In this document: in pieces, positions 1-9,155 of the stretch
How positions within the stretch are numbered: position 1 is the stretch's first letter
Layout of the letters: each line of letters begins with the position of its first letter
From: Candidatus Parvarchaeota archaeon
Lineage (GTDB): Archaea > Nanobdellota > Nanobdellia > WJKC01
NCBI GenBank assembly: GCA_030615175.1
Contig: JAUWZX010000001.1
Coordinates: 1-62,565, forward strand
Length of the DNA stretch: 62,565 nucleotides
Direction: 5' to 3'
Position numbers and translations under genes: made by a program
Notes under the pieces: model-generated
Told to the model about the DNA's origin: nothing
Seen by the model: only the letters and a program-made list of their open reading frames with translations
The model's database searches: none

Positions 1-195
1 AGCCCTAGGAGAAGACAAAAACAACTGAATAGCCATCGCTAAAACCGCAGCAACACTTAAAGCAGACAACTCATGAGAATAAGCCATCATGAACTCTTGA
101 ACAGCAGAATCAGGCTCCCAATACTGATAATAATACTGAGCGAAAACAACACTACAAACAAAAAAACAAAGAAACAACACTAACACCCTTCTCAT
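1..195 (-). CDS. Partial (3'-truncated by window edge) secreted/membrane protein, MRRVLVLFLCFFVCSVVFAQYYYQYWEPD...
   Basis: Manual translation from ATG at 195 is open to position 1; basic N-terminus, hydrophobic core and VFA/Q signal-peptidase-like site; divergent from 278..712. Confidence 0.7.
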   Translation of the reverse strand, partial: MRRVLVLFLCFFVCSVVFAQYYYQYWEPDSAVQEFMMAYSHELSALSVAAVLAMAIQLFLSSPRA

Positions 196-277
196 AACGA
201 TTAAATAGGATACTTTATTATAAAAAATTATTGATTACGAAAAACTTAAAAAAGAAGTAATTAATCTTTCATGAGTA

Positions 278-712
278 ATGGCTAAGAAAAACAACTATGG
301 TTTAATAATAATACTATTCGTGTTAGTGACGAGCACGCTTGGAGTATTCCAATTCATTAGTGTAAAGAAATTCACTGTGAACCTCGTGGTGGCAATGGAT
401 TCAGGAGTCCCTTACCAAGAAGTTGTAACTGTTGATGATAACTCTACAGCGTTAATGGCTTTAAGCAAGTTAATGAATGTGCAAGTCGAGAATGAGTCAA
501 TAAAGTGTGTTGGGAATTTATGTAATGAAGGAAATAATTCATGGATTACAATGACTCAGGGAGGTATAATGATTAATCCTTACACTTACAAGTTGTCAAA
601 TGATGAATTAATTTACTTCATGTACTTCACTAATGGGACTAACCCATTAACAGACACTAATAAGTCAGAGAAGGATAGGGAAGCACTCATGGAATTACTA
701 AAATTATCTTAG
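278..712 (+). CDS. Membrane-anchored hypothetical protein, possibly DUF4430-like
   Basis: N-terminal TM helix; 'STALMAL...CVGNLCNEGNNSW...YKLSNDELIYF' resembles the DUF4430 pattern. Confidence 0.5.
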   Translation: MAKKNNYGLIIILFVLVTSTLGVFQFISVKKFTVNLVVAMDSGVPYQEVVTVDDNSTALMALSKLMNVQVENESIKCVGNLCNEGNNSWITMTQGGIMINPYTYKLSNDELIYFMYFTNGTNPLTDTNKSEKDREALMELLKLS

Positions 713-744
713 AAATACTTAAAAACGCGTAATTACACTTTAAA

Positions 745-817
745 TAGTGCGGATGATGTGGTGAATACCCCCTGACTAAATAAAGGGATGATGAGCTGGG
801 TAGCTACTGACGCACTA
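745..817 (+). ncRNA. Box C/D 2'-O-methylation guide sRNA
   Basis: Terminal stem TAGTGCG(745-751)/CGCACTA(811-817); C box ATGATGT 753-759; D' CTGA 772-775; C' ATGATGA 788-794; D CTGA 807-810; two 12-nt guides; TATA-like TACTTAAAAA at 716-725. Confidence 0.9.
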
Positions 818-846
818 CTAATTAAACAATTCTTTTAGTCAAGGTT

Positions 847-1152
847 TTATTTTAGGAATTCTAGTTTCTTAATCCTCTTGCCCTTGGCCTGCACGTTCTG
901 CTTACCGCACTGCTTGCACTTGTACCTGAGGTCTAATTTCCTGTTTGACTTAGCATTCCTTTTCCTGTCCTTAGGCGGTTTCTTACTGTAGCGCCCCCTA
1001 TCACCATGCCCTTTAGCAACTTTATCCTTTCTTAAGCGCTGACCTGCCTTCATTGCACCTCTCTTGCCTCCCCTGCCAGCCTGGATTACTTCCTGCTCAG
1101 TCTGCACCCTGCACTTAGGGCAATAACGTTTAATGACTTTAGGCATCTTCAT
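847..1152 (-). CDS. rpl44e: 50S ribosomal protein L44e (eL42)
   Basis: MKMPK..RYCPKC N-terminus, LRYKCKQCGK zinc ribbon, very basic; SD-like GGTGA upstream. Confidence 0.95.
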   Translation of the reverse strand: MKMPKVIKRYCPKCRVQTEQEVIQAGRGGKRGAMKAGQRLRKDKVAKGHGDRGRYSKKPPKDRKRNAKSNRKLDLRYKCKQCGKQNVQAKGKRIKKLEFLK

Positions 1153-1242
1153 AAATTAATCACCATTATCTCTTTCCGTCAACGATTTCTCTTCAGAGAA
1201 AGGGTTGGGGCAGTAACGTTTAATGACTTTAGGCATCTTCAT
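1115..1242 (-). repeat. 38-nt direct repeat (1115-1152 and 1205-1242) of the rpl44e 5' end
   Basis: ATGAAGATGCCTAAAGTCATTAAACGTTA[T/C]TGCCC[T/C]AA, 36/38 identical, 90 nt apart. Confidence 0.95.
1156..1242 (-). CDS. Putative 28-aa upstream ORF MKMPKVIKRYCPNPFSEEKSLTERDNGD
   Basis: Manual translation; TATA-like TTTAAAAG (1274-1267) lies 24 nt upstream of its ATG; stop is 3 nt before the rpl44e ATG. Confidence 0.45.
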   Translation of the reverse strand: MKMPKVIKRYCPNPFSEEKSLTERDNGD

Positions 1243-1276
1243 AGAGAACAAGGAACTAATAAAAGACTTTTAAAGT

Positions 1277-2338
1277 TTACCCTTCAACTCCTAAGAATTC
1301 AAGCATTAAATAATAAGTATAGTCAGAGCAGTTATTGTAAAGGAATCTGATTAATGAAGTGTTAACTATTGCATAAGACTTGCTTACCGAGTCATTGCAG
1401 TAAATTATCTTTCCATTATCCATCATTTTTATTACAGGACTCGTGTTCTCGCAGTCAAACCATTCACTTCTAATGGTTGGGAGGTAATTAATGGTTTTAA
1501 CGCTTAACAGGCTTGAATTAGATATAAAACTCTCATTCGTGTAATGGTCGCATGTCTTTAAGAAAGCGTCTGTTATGTTTTCTTCATAAAAGTCAAGTCC
1601 AGCCATTGACACTGCCTCGCTGCCGTAATAATAATCGCATAAATTATAGCCATTACTGAATAGTAATACTGGGAAATCCTTAACTGGTTCTGAAGCATTA
1701 GTTATGATGAAAATATTAACTTCCCCTTCACTTGAAGCTTCTGATATTAATTCATTTAATGCATCAGTTAAGTCATCAATTAATGACATCCTTTGTTCAA
1801 TGCTTAAGTAATCATAATTATTGTTTAAGCATTCTGCAAAATCACTTAATATTCTTTCAATTAAAGTAAGCCATTCCTGTTCAGTATAATTAGAATCCTG
1901 AGTAATGGAGATTATTGATGAGTTACACATTAAAAGTGACTCGCTTAACACTTCATCAATAACTTCACCTGACAGTGATTCATTTAATGCAAAGTCTAAC
2001 TCAGTAATTAATGACATCACTTGCTCATCGCTTAAGTCATAATTCCTGTCCAAGCAGTCTTCAGTATAACTTAGCATAAAACTAATTAAGTCATCAACTT
2101 CCTCTTCAGTGTAATTAAAGCCTTCAGGTATGAAGAATAATGATGAATTGCACTTTGAAGGCAGTCCTTTTATTGAATCATCAAAAGATTCAATTATTGA
2201 TTCTTCGGAAATATCTAGGTAAGTCAGTTCTGGCGTCGTGCTTGTTTCTAATAGGAGCATGACATATGCCATCACTAACACTACTGATACAATTATTAGA
2301 CTCACTGATGCCACTTTTAATACGTTCACTGTCTTCAT
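1277..2338 (-). CDS. Membrane-anchored acidic hypothetical protein with internal duplication
   Basis: N-terminal TM; two ~52-aa repeats; many NxS/T sequons; ATGA-type overlap with upstream gene. Confidence 0.75.
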   Translation of the reverse strand: MKTVNVLKVASVSLIIVSVVLVMAYVMLLLETSTTPELTYLDISEESIIESFDDSIKGLPSKCNSSLFFIPEGFNYTEEEVDDLISFMLSYTEDCLDRNYDLSDEQVMSLITELDFALNESLSGEVIDEVLSESLLMCNSSIISITQDSNYTEQEWLTLIERILSDFAECLNNNYDYLSIEQRMSLIDDLTDALNELISEASSEGEVNIFIITNASEPVKDFPVLLFSNGYNLCDYYYGSEAVSMAGLDFYEENITDAFLKTCDHYTNESFISNSSLLSVKTINYLPTIRSEWFDCENTSPVIKMMDNGKIIYCNDSVSKSYAIVNTSLIRFLYNNCSDYTYYLMLEFLGVEG

Positions 2339-4044
2339 GGGTAGTCACTCCACTGCAGTAAAGCGTAATCATTACTCCTGTCCTTACTCCCTGAAATCCA
2401 TGTATGCTTTACAGTAGTGCGGCTGTGGCATGTCCAAGACCAGACGTCTGTGCAGTAAACCCAGTTATGACATTTTTTATAATAATAACAAGTAGAAAAG
2501 ACTTTTTCACATCCATTTATTACTACTGCAAGATCGCAATCCCACACCCAGCACGATTGAGTCTTTTGCTGGCATCCATACGTGCTTCCCTTCAAGCCCT
2601 TGCATACTTTATCAACAACTTTTGTATCAGTATAGTAAACGTTTACGCATCCTCCAGGAGTTGGAACTCCTGCCTCTGGCTTTGCATCAAATGAAGTAAT
2701 GCCTTCGCGCCCCATGCAGTCACTATCAGTCTTGCATGCTGTCCATTCCCATCCAGCGCACTCGTTTTGGCTTCCTATAAAGCAGTAAGGCGCTTTCCAG
2801 AAATTCAAAAGCCAGTCCTCAGGGCAGTCACTGTTACTACAGCACTCAGTGCAACTGGTACTGCATTCACTAAGCAGGTTGCAAGAGCCGGCAGGAAGGG
2901 TAGCTGTCTGAAGAGTAGCGCACCAACAATACTCAAATGACCCATAAGGAGGTATTGGTATGGTTTCGCAATATACCAGATTAGGGTCGCCTGGAAAACA
3001 TATTTCGTATGGAGCTCCTAATATTGTGCCTGTTTTTTCCACGTCAGTGCATTCATAGTGTTCCCAATTCTTGCCAACACAAGTAGGAGAGTGAGAGTAT
3101 TTAGTCTCGCAGTCAGAGGCAGCAATGCATTCAATACCTTCATGCCATACGCCATCCTTGCAAATGCCTGTTGGAGCAGTAGGAGGTCCTATTGAGAATA
3201 AATCAGGTGAACCATCAATTGTTCCTAAGTCACAGCAGTTATTCTCCCCTCCCTCACCAACCCATGTCCCGCCTGCAGTCTCGCAAGCGCACTGGGAGTC
3301 ATCCTCGTCAGTGTATACCTGGTCATTACAACAGATGTGCTCTAAGTCATGCCATGCTTCGCCAGCATCGTCGCCGCAGCACGCGTCAATACTGCTAACC
3401 CATGTACTGTCATAATATTCCTCCATCTCGCAGCAGTCAATATCATTATCAGCGTAATCAGTGAATAATGAATAGTCAACATCAAACCCTTCCCAATCCT
3501 CATAACAGAAGTCATCAGCAAAACCTTTAGAAAAAGGACCTAAAGGCGCGGCATCATAATCAAAACAGTAACCTCCACACGTGGGTCTATCACAACCCTG
3601 GTCCACCCAAGGAGTGTACGAACAAGTGCATGAAGAAGTGCATGCAATTGCAGTCCTTGTATACAAGTTTTCTGAAGTATATCCAAGGTCCTTACCGCAC
3701 GCACTCGTGTAAGTGCAGTCACCAACAGCATCACAAGCAGCACCACAAGACTGGGAGCACGTCGTAGTGCAACCGCTGCCAGAACAAGTGTAAGAACCGC
3801 AGTCCGCTAACTTGCAATAAGCATACCAAAACACTTCTTCATCGCCCAGGAACGCTTTTGTTCTTTTACAAACACCACTATATCTGTAACATGCATTACT
3901 ACAACCAGTACATTGAGTGCAATCCCATCCAGACTTTTGAGTTGTGGAACACTCTGCATCCGGTTCCTTATTACAAGCCCATACTGAAAATCCAGGAGTT
4001 AAACTTAAGAGAATCACTGCGAGCATTAATAATAATTTTTTCAT
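2335..4044 (-). CDS. Secreted cysteine-rich surface protein
   Basis: Likely start ATG 4044 (MKKLLLMLAVILL signal peptide, GGTGGT upstream); very high Cys content, CCGDD motif. Confidence 0.8.
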   Translation of the reverse strand: MKKLLLMLAVILLSLTPGFSVWACNKEPDAECSTTQKSGWDCTQCTGCSNACYRYSGVCKRTKAFLGDEEVFWYAYCKLADCGSYTCSGSGCTTTCSQSCGAACDAVGDCTYTSACGKDLGYTSENLYTRTAIACTSSCTCSYTPWVDQGCDRPTCGGYCFDYDAAPLGPFSKGFADDFCYEDWEGFDVDYSLFTDYADNDIDCCEMEEYYDSTWVSSIDACCGDDAGEAWHDLEHICCNDQVYTDEDDSQCACETAGGTWVGEGGENNCCDLGTIDGSPDLFSIGPPTAPTGICKDGVWHEGIECIAASDCETKYSHSPTCVGKNWEHYECTDVEKTGTILGAPYEICFPGDPNLVYCETIPIPPYGSFEYCWCATLQTATLPAGSCNLLSECSTSCTECCSNSDCPEDWLLNFWKAPYCFIGSQNECAGWEWTACKTDSDCMGREGITSFDAKPEAGVPTPGGCVNVYYTDTKVVDKVCKGLKGSTYGCQQKTQSCWVWDCDLAVVINGCEKVFSTCYYYKKCHNWVYCTDVWSWTCHSRTTVKHTWISGSKDRSNDYALLQWSDYP

Positions 4045-4048
4045 CTTC

Positions 4049-6976
4049 TTAATTACCACCTGTGCAATAATAATCAATCTTTTGGGCTTCATAATTCTTT
4101 GCTTCACTGGCAGGTCTTACGCGGGCAGCTATGTAAATCCCTGTAGAGGGTCCGCAGTCATAAAAAGTGCCTCCATAACAAAACTTGTTTTCACCAATCA
4201 TGAAGTCATCATCATCACTGTCTACGCTGTCATCATTAGTTGAGTTCCCGTCATATGTGGTGTCATCACCGCAGCATAAGCCATTCCCGTCAGGTTCAAA
4301 CCAAGCCGCTCCATAAACATCAACGCAGCATGCTTCACTAACATCGCCGTCAGCGCAGTACTCAATAGTCACCCTCATACAATTATTACTGAAATCAAAA
4401 TCATCACTGTAAGGAGTCCTGACACAAGCAATGAGTCCGTGAGAATGTTTAAGGAATTCCACAAAAGGAGGAGCCACTAAGCCCTCTCCCAGGAGAGCAT
4501 CGTATAATTCCTCTCCAGACAGCAACTCTAAATCACTAATTAATTCAGTGCTGACAACAAAATCACTTAATTCAACAGAAACATATTCTTCAGGGAATTT
4601 ATAAAACGGGGGAGACTCAAGAGCCTCCTGGTTATAATAATACGCATAACCTTCTTCAGGAAAAACTAAAGAGTCATTATTAACATCAAAGAAAACGTCA
4701 ATGATTAATTCATCATTAAAGGCATTGCCATCACTTGTTCTTGAAATCCATAATTCATCAATCGTTAGCGTTTTATCTGAACTATAAATGTAATCATCAT
4801 TAAGTTCGCTCTCATAATTAGATAATAATAATGAGTCAGCCCTTAAATTATTAATGAATGGCCTACAGTCAGTGAATTCACTAATGTCCTCGCAATCACT
4901 GCAAGAACTGTTAAAGTAAGGCGTCTCACCCAAATCTGTTTCATCAACTCCTTTAAAAGTGATTTCAGTAACGTTAATTTTATTAATGTCAACCCACCAC
5001 TTAACTCCAGGGTACTTATCCTCAAGCATGCTTCCAACATTATGAAAACGGCTCTTCAATAATTCAGTAAGCATTGGAATGAATGATGTGCGAACAGCGT
5101 AATCACAGGTAGGAGGAGGAATACCTATACTTGTATAAGTAATATCGGGCTCTCCATCAGGGTCAGGGATTGAATCATCCATATCATTAAAAGAGTATTC
5201 ATAAGAGCCGGAAAGTATCTCATCACTTAACTCAGGAAAGTAAGAGCGATCCCAGCGCTGATCAACGAATAAGCTGAAGAAAGTTCCGTAACAATTAATG
5301 CAGGGAGTGTAAGACAAGTTAAGGCATGGATTCAAAGAGTAAGGCAGTGCATGGCACTTACCGCAATTATAAAGTAATTTACCCCAAGAAGTTACTGGTT
5401 CAATGGCAGGACCAGCAATGTAAGGATTGCTTGGGTCAATGTAATCCGCATAAGTTTCAGGATTGCACTCCTCTATGTATTCATCCTCGCACGTGACGCC
5501 AATGCCTGGCAGCCCCTTAACACCCCACTCTGGAAGAGTTAATGATTCGTACAGCCCGCTGGAATCATTGCCTTCATTAACACTTTTGTAATTGTAAACG
5601 TCATCACTGAAGTACTGGCAAACCTCTTTCAGAATATAAAAACACATTGGCTTTAAAGTAAAGCCTTCACCAAAAACTTCCTCCCAATCAGCATAATCCT
5701 CAATATTAAACCCGTAATAATTATACTTAGAATCATAAGGAGTGTTATTAAGGTACTCCTCGTACTTCATGTTGCTGCTGCCCTCAATCGGGACTTTAAC
5801 CCTAAGTTCAAAAAAAGAATGATAAAGCAATACTTCATTAACAATGCTTTCAATAACTGAATTCTTAACAGCGTCAATAGAAGCAGTCCTGAAGCGGGCG
5901 AAGTCGCTGTCAAAAGCATCAAAAATGTAAGTTGAGCCCTTATAATTAATATCAGCGTAATCACCCTTGAACTTAACAGTAAAGAAAGGAACGTTTAACG
6001 GGAAGAAATTAATGAAAATAGTGTTATTGCCGAAACCCTCAATCTCAGGAGTTACAGGGTTATCTTCAATTAATGTTTTATAATCAACAGGCGCGAAGTT
6101 AATTTTAACGTCATCAGCAGTGTAAGTTCCAAAACTAGCAGGATTGCGTATCGAAGTTAATGCAAAGTCATCAATTGTCTTAAAATTCTGGTCAACGAAC
6201 TCCTCAAACGTATTCTTAATAAAGTAAGGGTCAGGATAACAGGTTTCCTGACTAATAACTCTCTGTAAAATCATTAAAGGAGGATTATCCGAGTGGAAAT
6301 CATTTAAATTAATGCCTGCAGGGTAATCAGTCTTAAAGTCAGGGTCATTGCAGTAAGGAGTGCCATTATCCGTTAAGAGTGCTTCAGGAATTGAGTGAGT
6401 GCATAAGCCGTCTGGAGATGAGTTATCGCTGAGAATGATTAAGTGATTGCCGCCAACTAAGTGGAATGGAGCTGGGTCTGGACTGCCATTCACCGGCTCA
6501 CCGTTAACAAGGAACCAGCCAATATCCGTTTCCTTACCATCACCGATTTGAAGCATGTAATCAGCCTCGCGCACATTGTCAAAGCGGTAAGCAACCCAGT
6601 CATCGCCAGGCACTTCATTAAAACGGTAGCCAATGTAATTATAATACTCTTCAGTATCCTTAGCAGATTTCCAGTAAGGAATGTACTTATCAAGCTGTAA
6701 AGTGCTTAAGTTCATTGAAACACCGCAAGGACTGACGCCGTGAGGCCATAATCCAATACTGCCTAAGTGAATTCCTGCGTAATCAGCGCCAACCTGCCGC
6801 TCCTGTTTCTGAATACTTCTAACTGCTTGAACAAGGTCAGCAACCTTTAAGACTTCCTGCGCCTTTAACACCTGCGCTGAATTATCAACCAAGCGGTCGC
6901 TGACAATGCCTATAAGCGTTAACAACACGAATAAGATGCTGATAAACCATAAAATTGAATACTGACCTCTCCTCAT
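4049..6976 (-). CDS. Large acidic surface protein with class III (pilin-like) signal peptide
   Basis: MRRGQ/YSILWF followed by hydrophobic helix; Cys-rich patches, C-terminal CCGDD. Confidence 0.75.
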   Translation of the reverse strand: MRRGQYSILWFISILFVLLTLIGIVSDRLVDNSAQVLKAQEVLKVADLVQAVRSIQKQERQVGADYAGIHLGSIGLWPHGVSPCGVSMNLSTLQLDKYIPYWKSAKDTEEYYNYIGYRFNEVPGDDWVAYRFDNVREADYMLQIGDGKETDIGWFLVNGEPVNGSPDPAPFHLVGGNHLIILSDNSSPDGLCTHSIPEALLTDNGTPYCNDPDFKTDYPAGINLNDFHSDNPPLMILQRVISQETCYPDPYFIKNTFEEFVDQNFKTIDDFALTSIRNPASFGTYTADDVKINFAPVDYKTLIEDNPVTPEIEGFGNNTIFINFFPLNVPFFTVKFKGDYADINYKGSTYIFDAFDSDFARFRTASIDAVKNSVIESIVNEVLLYHSFFELRVKVPIEGSSNMKYEEYLNNTPYDSKYNYYGFNIEDYADWEEVFGEGFTLKPMCFYILKEVCQYFSDDVYNYKSVNEGNDSSGLYESLTLPEWGVKGLPGIGVTCEDEYIEECNPETYADYIDPSNPYIAGPAIEPVTSWGKLLYNCGKCHALPYSLNPCLNLSYTPCINCYGTFFSLFVDQRWDRSYFPELSDEILSGSYEYSFNDMDDSIPDPDGEPDITYTSIGIPPPTCDYAVRTSFIPMLTELLKSRFHNVGSMLEDKYPGVKWWVDINKINVTEITFKGVDETDLGETPYFNSSCSDCEDISEFTDCRPFINNLRADSLLLSNYESELNDDYIYSSDKTLTIDELWISRTSDGNAFNDELIIDVFFDVNNDSLVFPEEGYAYYYNQEALESPPFYKFPEEYVSVELSDFVVSTELISDLELLSGEELYDALLGEGLVAPPFVEFLKHSHGLIACVRTPYSDDFDFSNNCMRVTIEYCADGDVSEACCVDVYGAAWFEPDGNGLCCGDDTTYDGNSTNDDSVDSDDDDFMIGENKFCYGGTFYDCGPSTGIYIAARVRPASEAKNYEAQKIDYYCTGGN

Positions 6977-7061
6977 CCGTAATTAAAAAATAAGCATTAC
7001 TTATTAAAAAAATAAGCGGTATTAATATAAAAATTAAAAGCTTATTAAATTAGTATTAATC

Positions 7062-7886
7062 ATGGTATTAATTAAGTATTCACGCAAGAATCAAAGATTC
7101 TTGGAGCGCAAAGACAGAGTCTCTCGCGTATCAAGAACCGGTCCATTAAGGGCTTATCAGAAATCAATTAATGCATTAATTAATAATCCTAAAATAATAA
7201 TTCCATTCCTAATTGAATTACTAATACCGGTAATCATGGCAGCAGTATTCATTTACTGCTTCCTTGGTCCGGAAGCATATGAATTTTATTACAGCAGCAA
7301 TGTTTACATAACAACTGACCAGTCCCTGCTGCCTGGAATTCTGTTCACAATAGTTATAAGCATGACTTTTTCAATCTTCATTATTAGTTACTTTGACGTT
7401 GCTGGAATAATAATGTGCAATGACTCGCTGAGAAAAAAGAAAGTTGAGTTAATCAAAGCTTTCAGGAAAGCACCTAAATTTTACTTAAAGCAGACGATAA
7501 CACTTTTATCATTAATGTTTATTGGATTAATGCTCACCTTCCCTCTCTTAATATTAATAAGTATTGAACTGCCATACTATACTTACTGGGCTTACTCAAT
7601 AACTTCGCTGCTTATTTACTTTACAATAATACTGTACCCGAGGATTGCTTCAGTGCTGACAAAGGGTTCTGGGTTTAATGCATTAATTAAAGGAATTAAA
7701 TTCTTAATAGACTACCCGTTGTACAATACTGCTAACATTGGCGTGATAATAGTAATGTACTGTGCATTCTCATGGATTCGAGCATTAAGCCCGGCAATTC
7801 ATCAATTAATCAGCGCACTAATCCTGTTCCCATGGTTTAACATATTCCTAACTGCGACTTTTGAAATTAAACATTCAAAACTTTAG
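7062..7886 (+). CDS. Multi-pass membrane protein
   Basis: About 6 hydrophobic helices, 274-aa ORF. Confidence 0.7.
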   Translation: MVLIKYSRKNQRFLERKDRVSRVSRTGPLRAYQKSINALINNPKIIIPFLIELLIPVIMAAVFIYCFLGPEAYEFYYSSNVYITTDQSLLPGILFTIVISMTFSIFIISYFDVAGIIMCNDSLRKKKVELIKAFRKAPKFYLKQTITLLSLMFIGLMLTFPLLILISIELPYYTYWAYSITSLLIYFTIILYPRIASVLTKGSGFNALIKGIKFLIDYPLYNTANIGVIIVMYCAFSWIRALSPAIHQLISALILFPWFNIFLTATFEIKHSKL

Positions 7887-7897
7887 GTTTTAAAACT

Positions 7898-8239
7898 TTA
7901 GGTTTTAATGCTCCAAGAACGCTTTCTCGTGAATTTAGAAAAAGATTTAGTTCTTGCCTTGTCAAGCAGGATGTGGCATGAGTAACCATAAATCAGTCCT
8001 GAGAATGGAGTGAAACTGAAAGGCGTGAAAATAATTAATGAAGCAGTAAAAGCAGTCCATGAATGAAAGAACTTCCTGTGATACTTGCTCCTCGGCTTCT
8101 CAATGTAGTCAGGAAGGCTTGCAGTTAAAATGCATAACACTGAGAATAATAAAACATTAAGGAAGTCATCATACAAGGCCATGCCTGAAAGCAACCCAAT
8201 AAATGCATTGAATAACATGTGATTATTACTTCTTGGCAT
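7898..8239 (-). CDS. Membrane-bound metal-dependent hydrolase (YdjM-like)
   Basis: H..., SLPD, HRKFFHS, HILLD motifs; ATG at 8239. Confidence 0.8.
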   Translation of the reverse strand: MPRSNNHMLFNAFIGLLSGMALYDDFLNVLLFSVLCILTASLPDYIEKPRSKYHRKFFHSWTAFTASLIIFTPFSFTPFSGLIYGYSCHILLDKARTKSFSKFTRKRSWSIKT

Positions 8240-8274
8240 CAATTTTATTAAGTAAGCAGCTCTTAAAAATATTA

Positions 8275-8616
8275 ATGCATAAGCAGGTAATAATTATGCG
8301 CGAAGACCTTGGCATGAGTCAGGGCAAACTTGCAGTCCAGTGCGCTCACGCCAGTCTAGGAGCTTACAGGAAGGCTAAGAAAAAGGATTTGCTTAAGTGG
8401 CAGTTGGAAGGCGAGAAAAAAGTAGTGGTGTTGTGCAATGACTTAAATGAGTTAAAAAAAATAATGAAGAAGGCAAAGTCCTTAGGCATTAATTCTTACT
8501 TAGTTCAGGATGCCGGCTTAACTGAACTGCCTCCGCGCACAATAACTTGCCTTGGCTTGGGTCCTGTAAGGGAAGAATTAATGAACAAGGTAACTGGCGG
8601 GCTTAAGACTGTTTAA
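8275..8616 (+). CDS. pth2: Peptidyl-tRNA hydrolase Pth2
   Basis: KQVIIMREDLGMSQGKLAVQCAHA, DAGLTE, TCLGLGP; ATG at 8275. Confidence 0.95.
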   Translation: MHKQVIIMREDLGMSQGKLAVQCAHASLGAYRKAKKKDLLKWQLEGEKKVVVLCNDLNELKKIMKKAKSLGINSYLVQDAGLTELPPRTITCLGLGPVREELMNKVTGGLKTV

Positions 8617-9155
8617 GTAAGGTCTTCAATTAATCCTTTAATACTGTATGATAAACCACTTCTCACTTTTTCAAGATTCTTTATTAATTCATGAACGTCT
8701 TCAGAAAATCCTTCCCTTACTAATGGTTCGTAAGTTAATCCTGTTAATCCCGCATAAGTCATTAAGTCATCATCAGATAATAATTCTAGCGGTGAGTGCC
8801 TTACTTTTAATAAATCCTTCCTGCCTTTAAAGAATCCTGTTAGCACGCGGATTGAAATATCAGTTAAGTTCTCCTGATTTAAATTTTTCAATCCTGCAAC
8901 CTTATTTTTATTTGAATAAACAGTCAATCCTTTATGCTTCTCAGCTAGCAGGCATAACAAGTAGAATAAGACGCAGTCATTAGAGTTCTTAATGATTACT
9001 AGCACTTTCTCTTTTTTGCCTATTAATTTATTATTAGTTATTGACTTGCTGAAGCGCTTGAAAACTATTTTCTTAAAGCAATTCCTGCAAGCCTTCCTGC
9101 CTAATGACTTAATGAGTATTACTCCATTATTCTTCTTGCACTTAATGCACTTCAT
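8613..9155 (-). CDS. Degenerate TtuA/NcsA (tRNA thiolase)-like protein
   Basis: N-terminal CxxC...CxxCF, 'LIGKKEKVLV', 'SPLELLSDDDLMTYA', 'LEKVRSG' resemble the TtuA scaffold; SGGKDS PP-loop absent. Confidence 0.55.
   Translation of the reverse strand: MKCIKCKKNNGVILIKSLGRKACRNCFKKIVFKRFSKSITNNKLIGKKEKVLVIIKNSNDCVLFYLLCLLAEKHKGLTVYSNKNKVAGLKNLNQENLTDISIRVLTGFFKGRKDLLKVRHSPLELLSDDDLMTYAGLTGLTYEPLVREGFSEDVHELIKNLEKVRSGLSYSIKGLIEDLT

Noticed and set aside
1115..1242. Repeat pair as CRISPR array or DGR template/variable repeat
   Set aside because: Only two copies, coding-derived; no cas or reverse transcriptase gene in the window; two synonymous transitions are too few to indicate DGR mutagenesis
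4045..4107. N-terminal extension of the Cys-rich protein in the ORF track
   Set aside because: Overlaps the upstream gene; ATG 4044 gives a proper signal peptide and SD-like site
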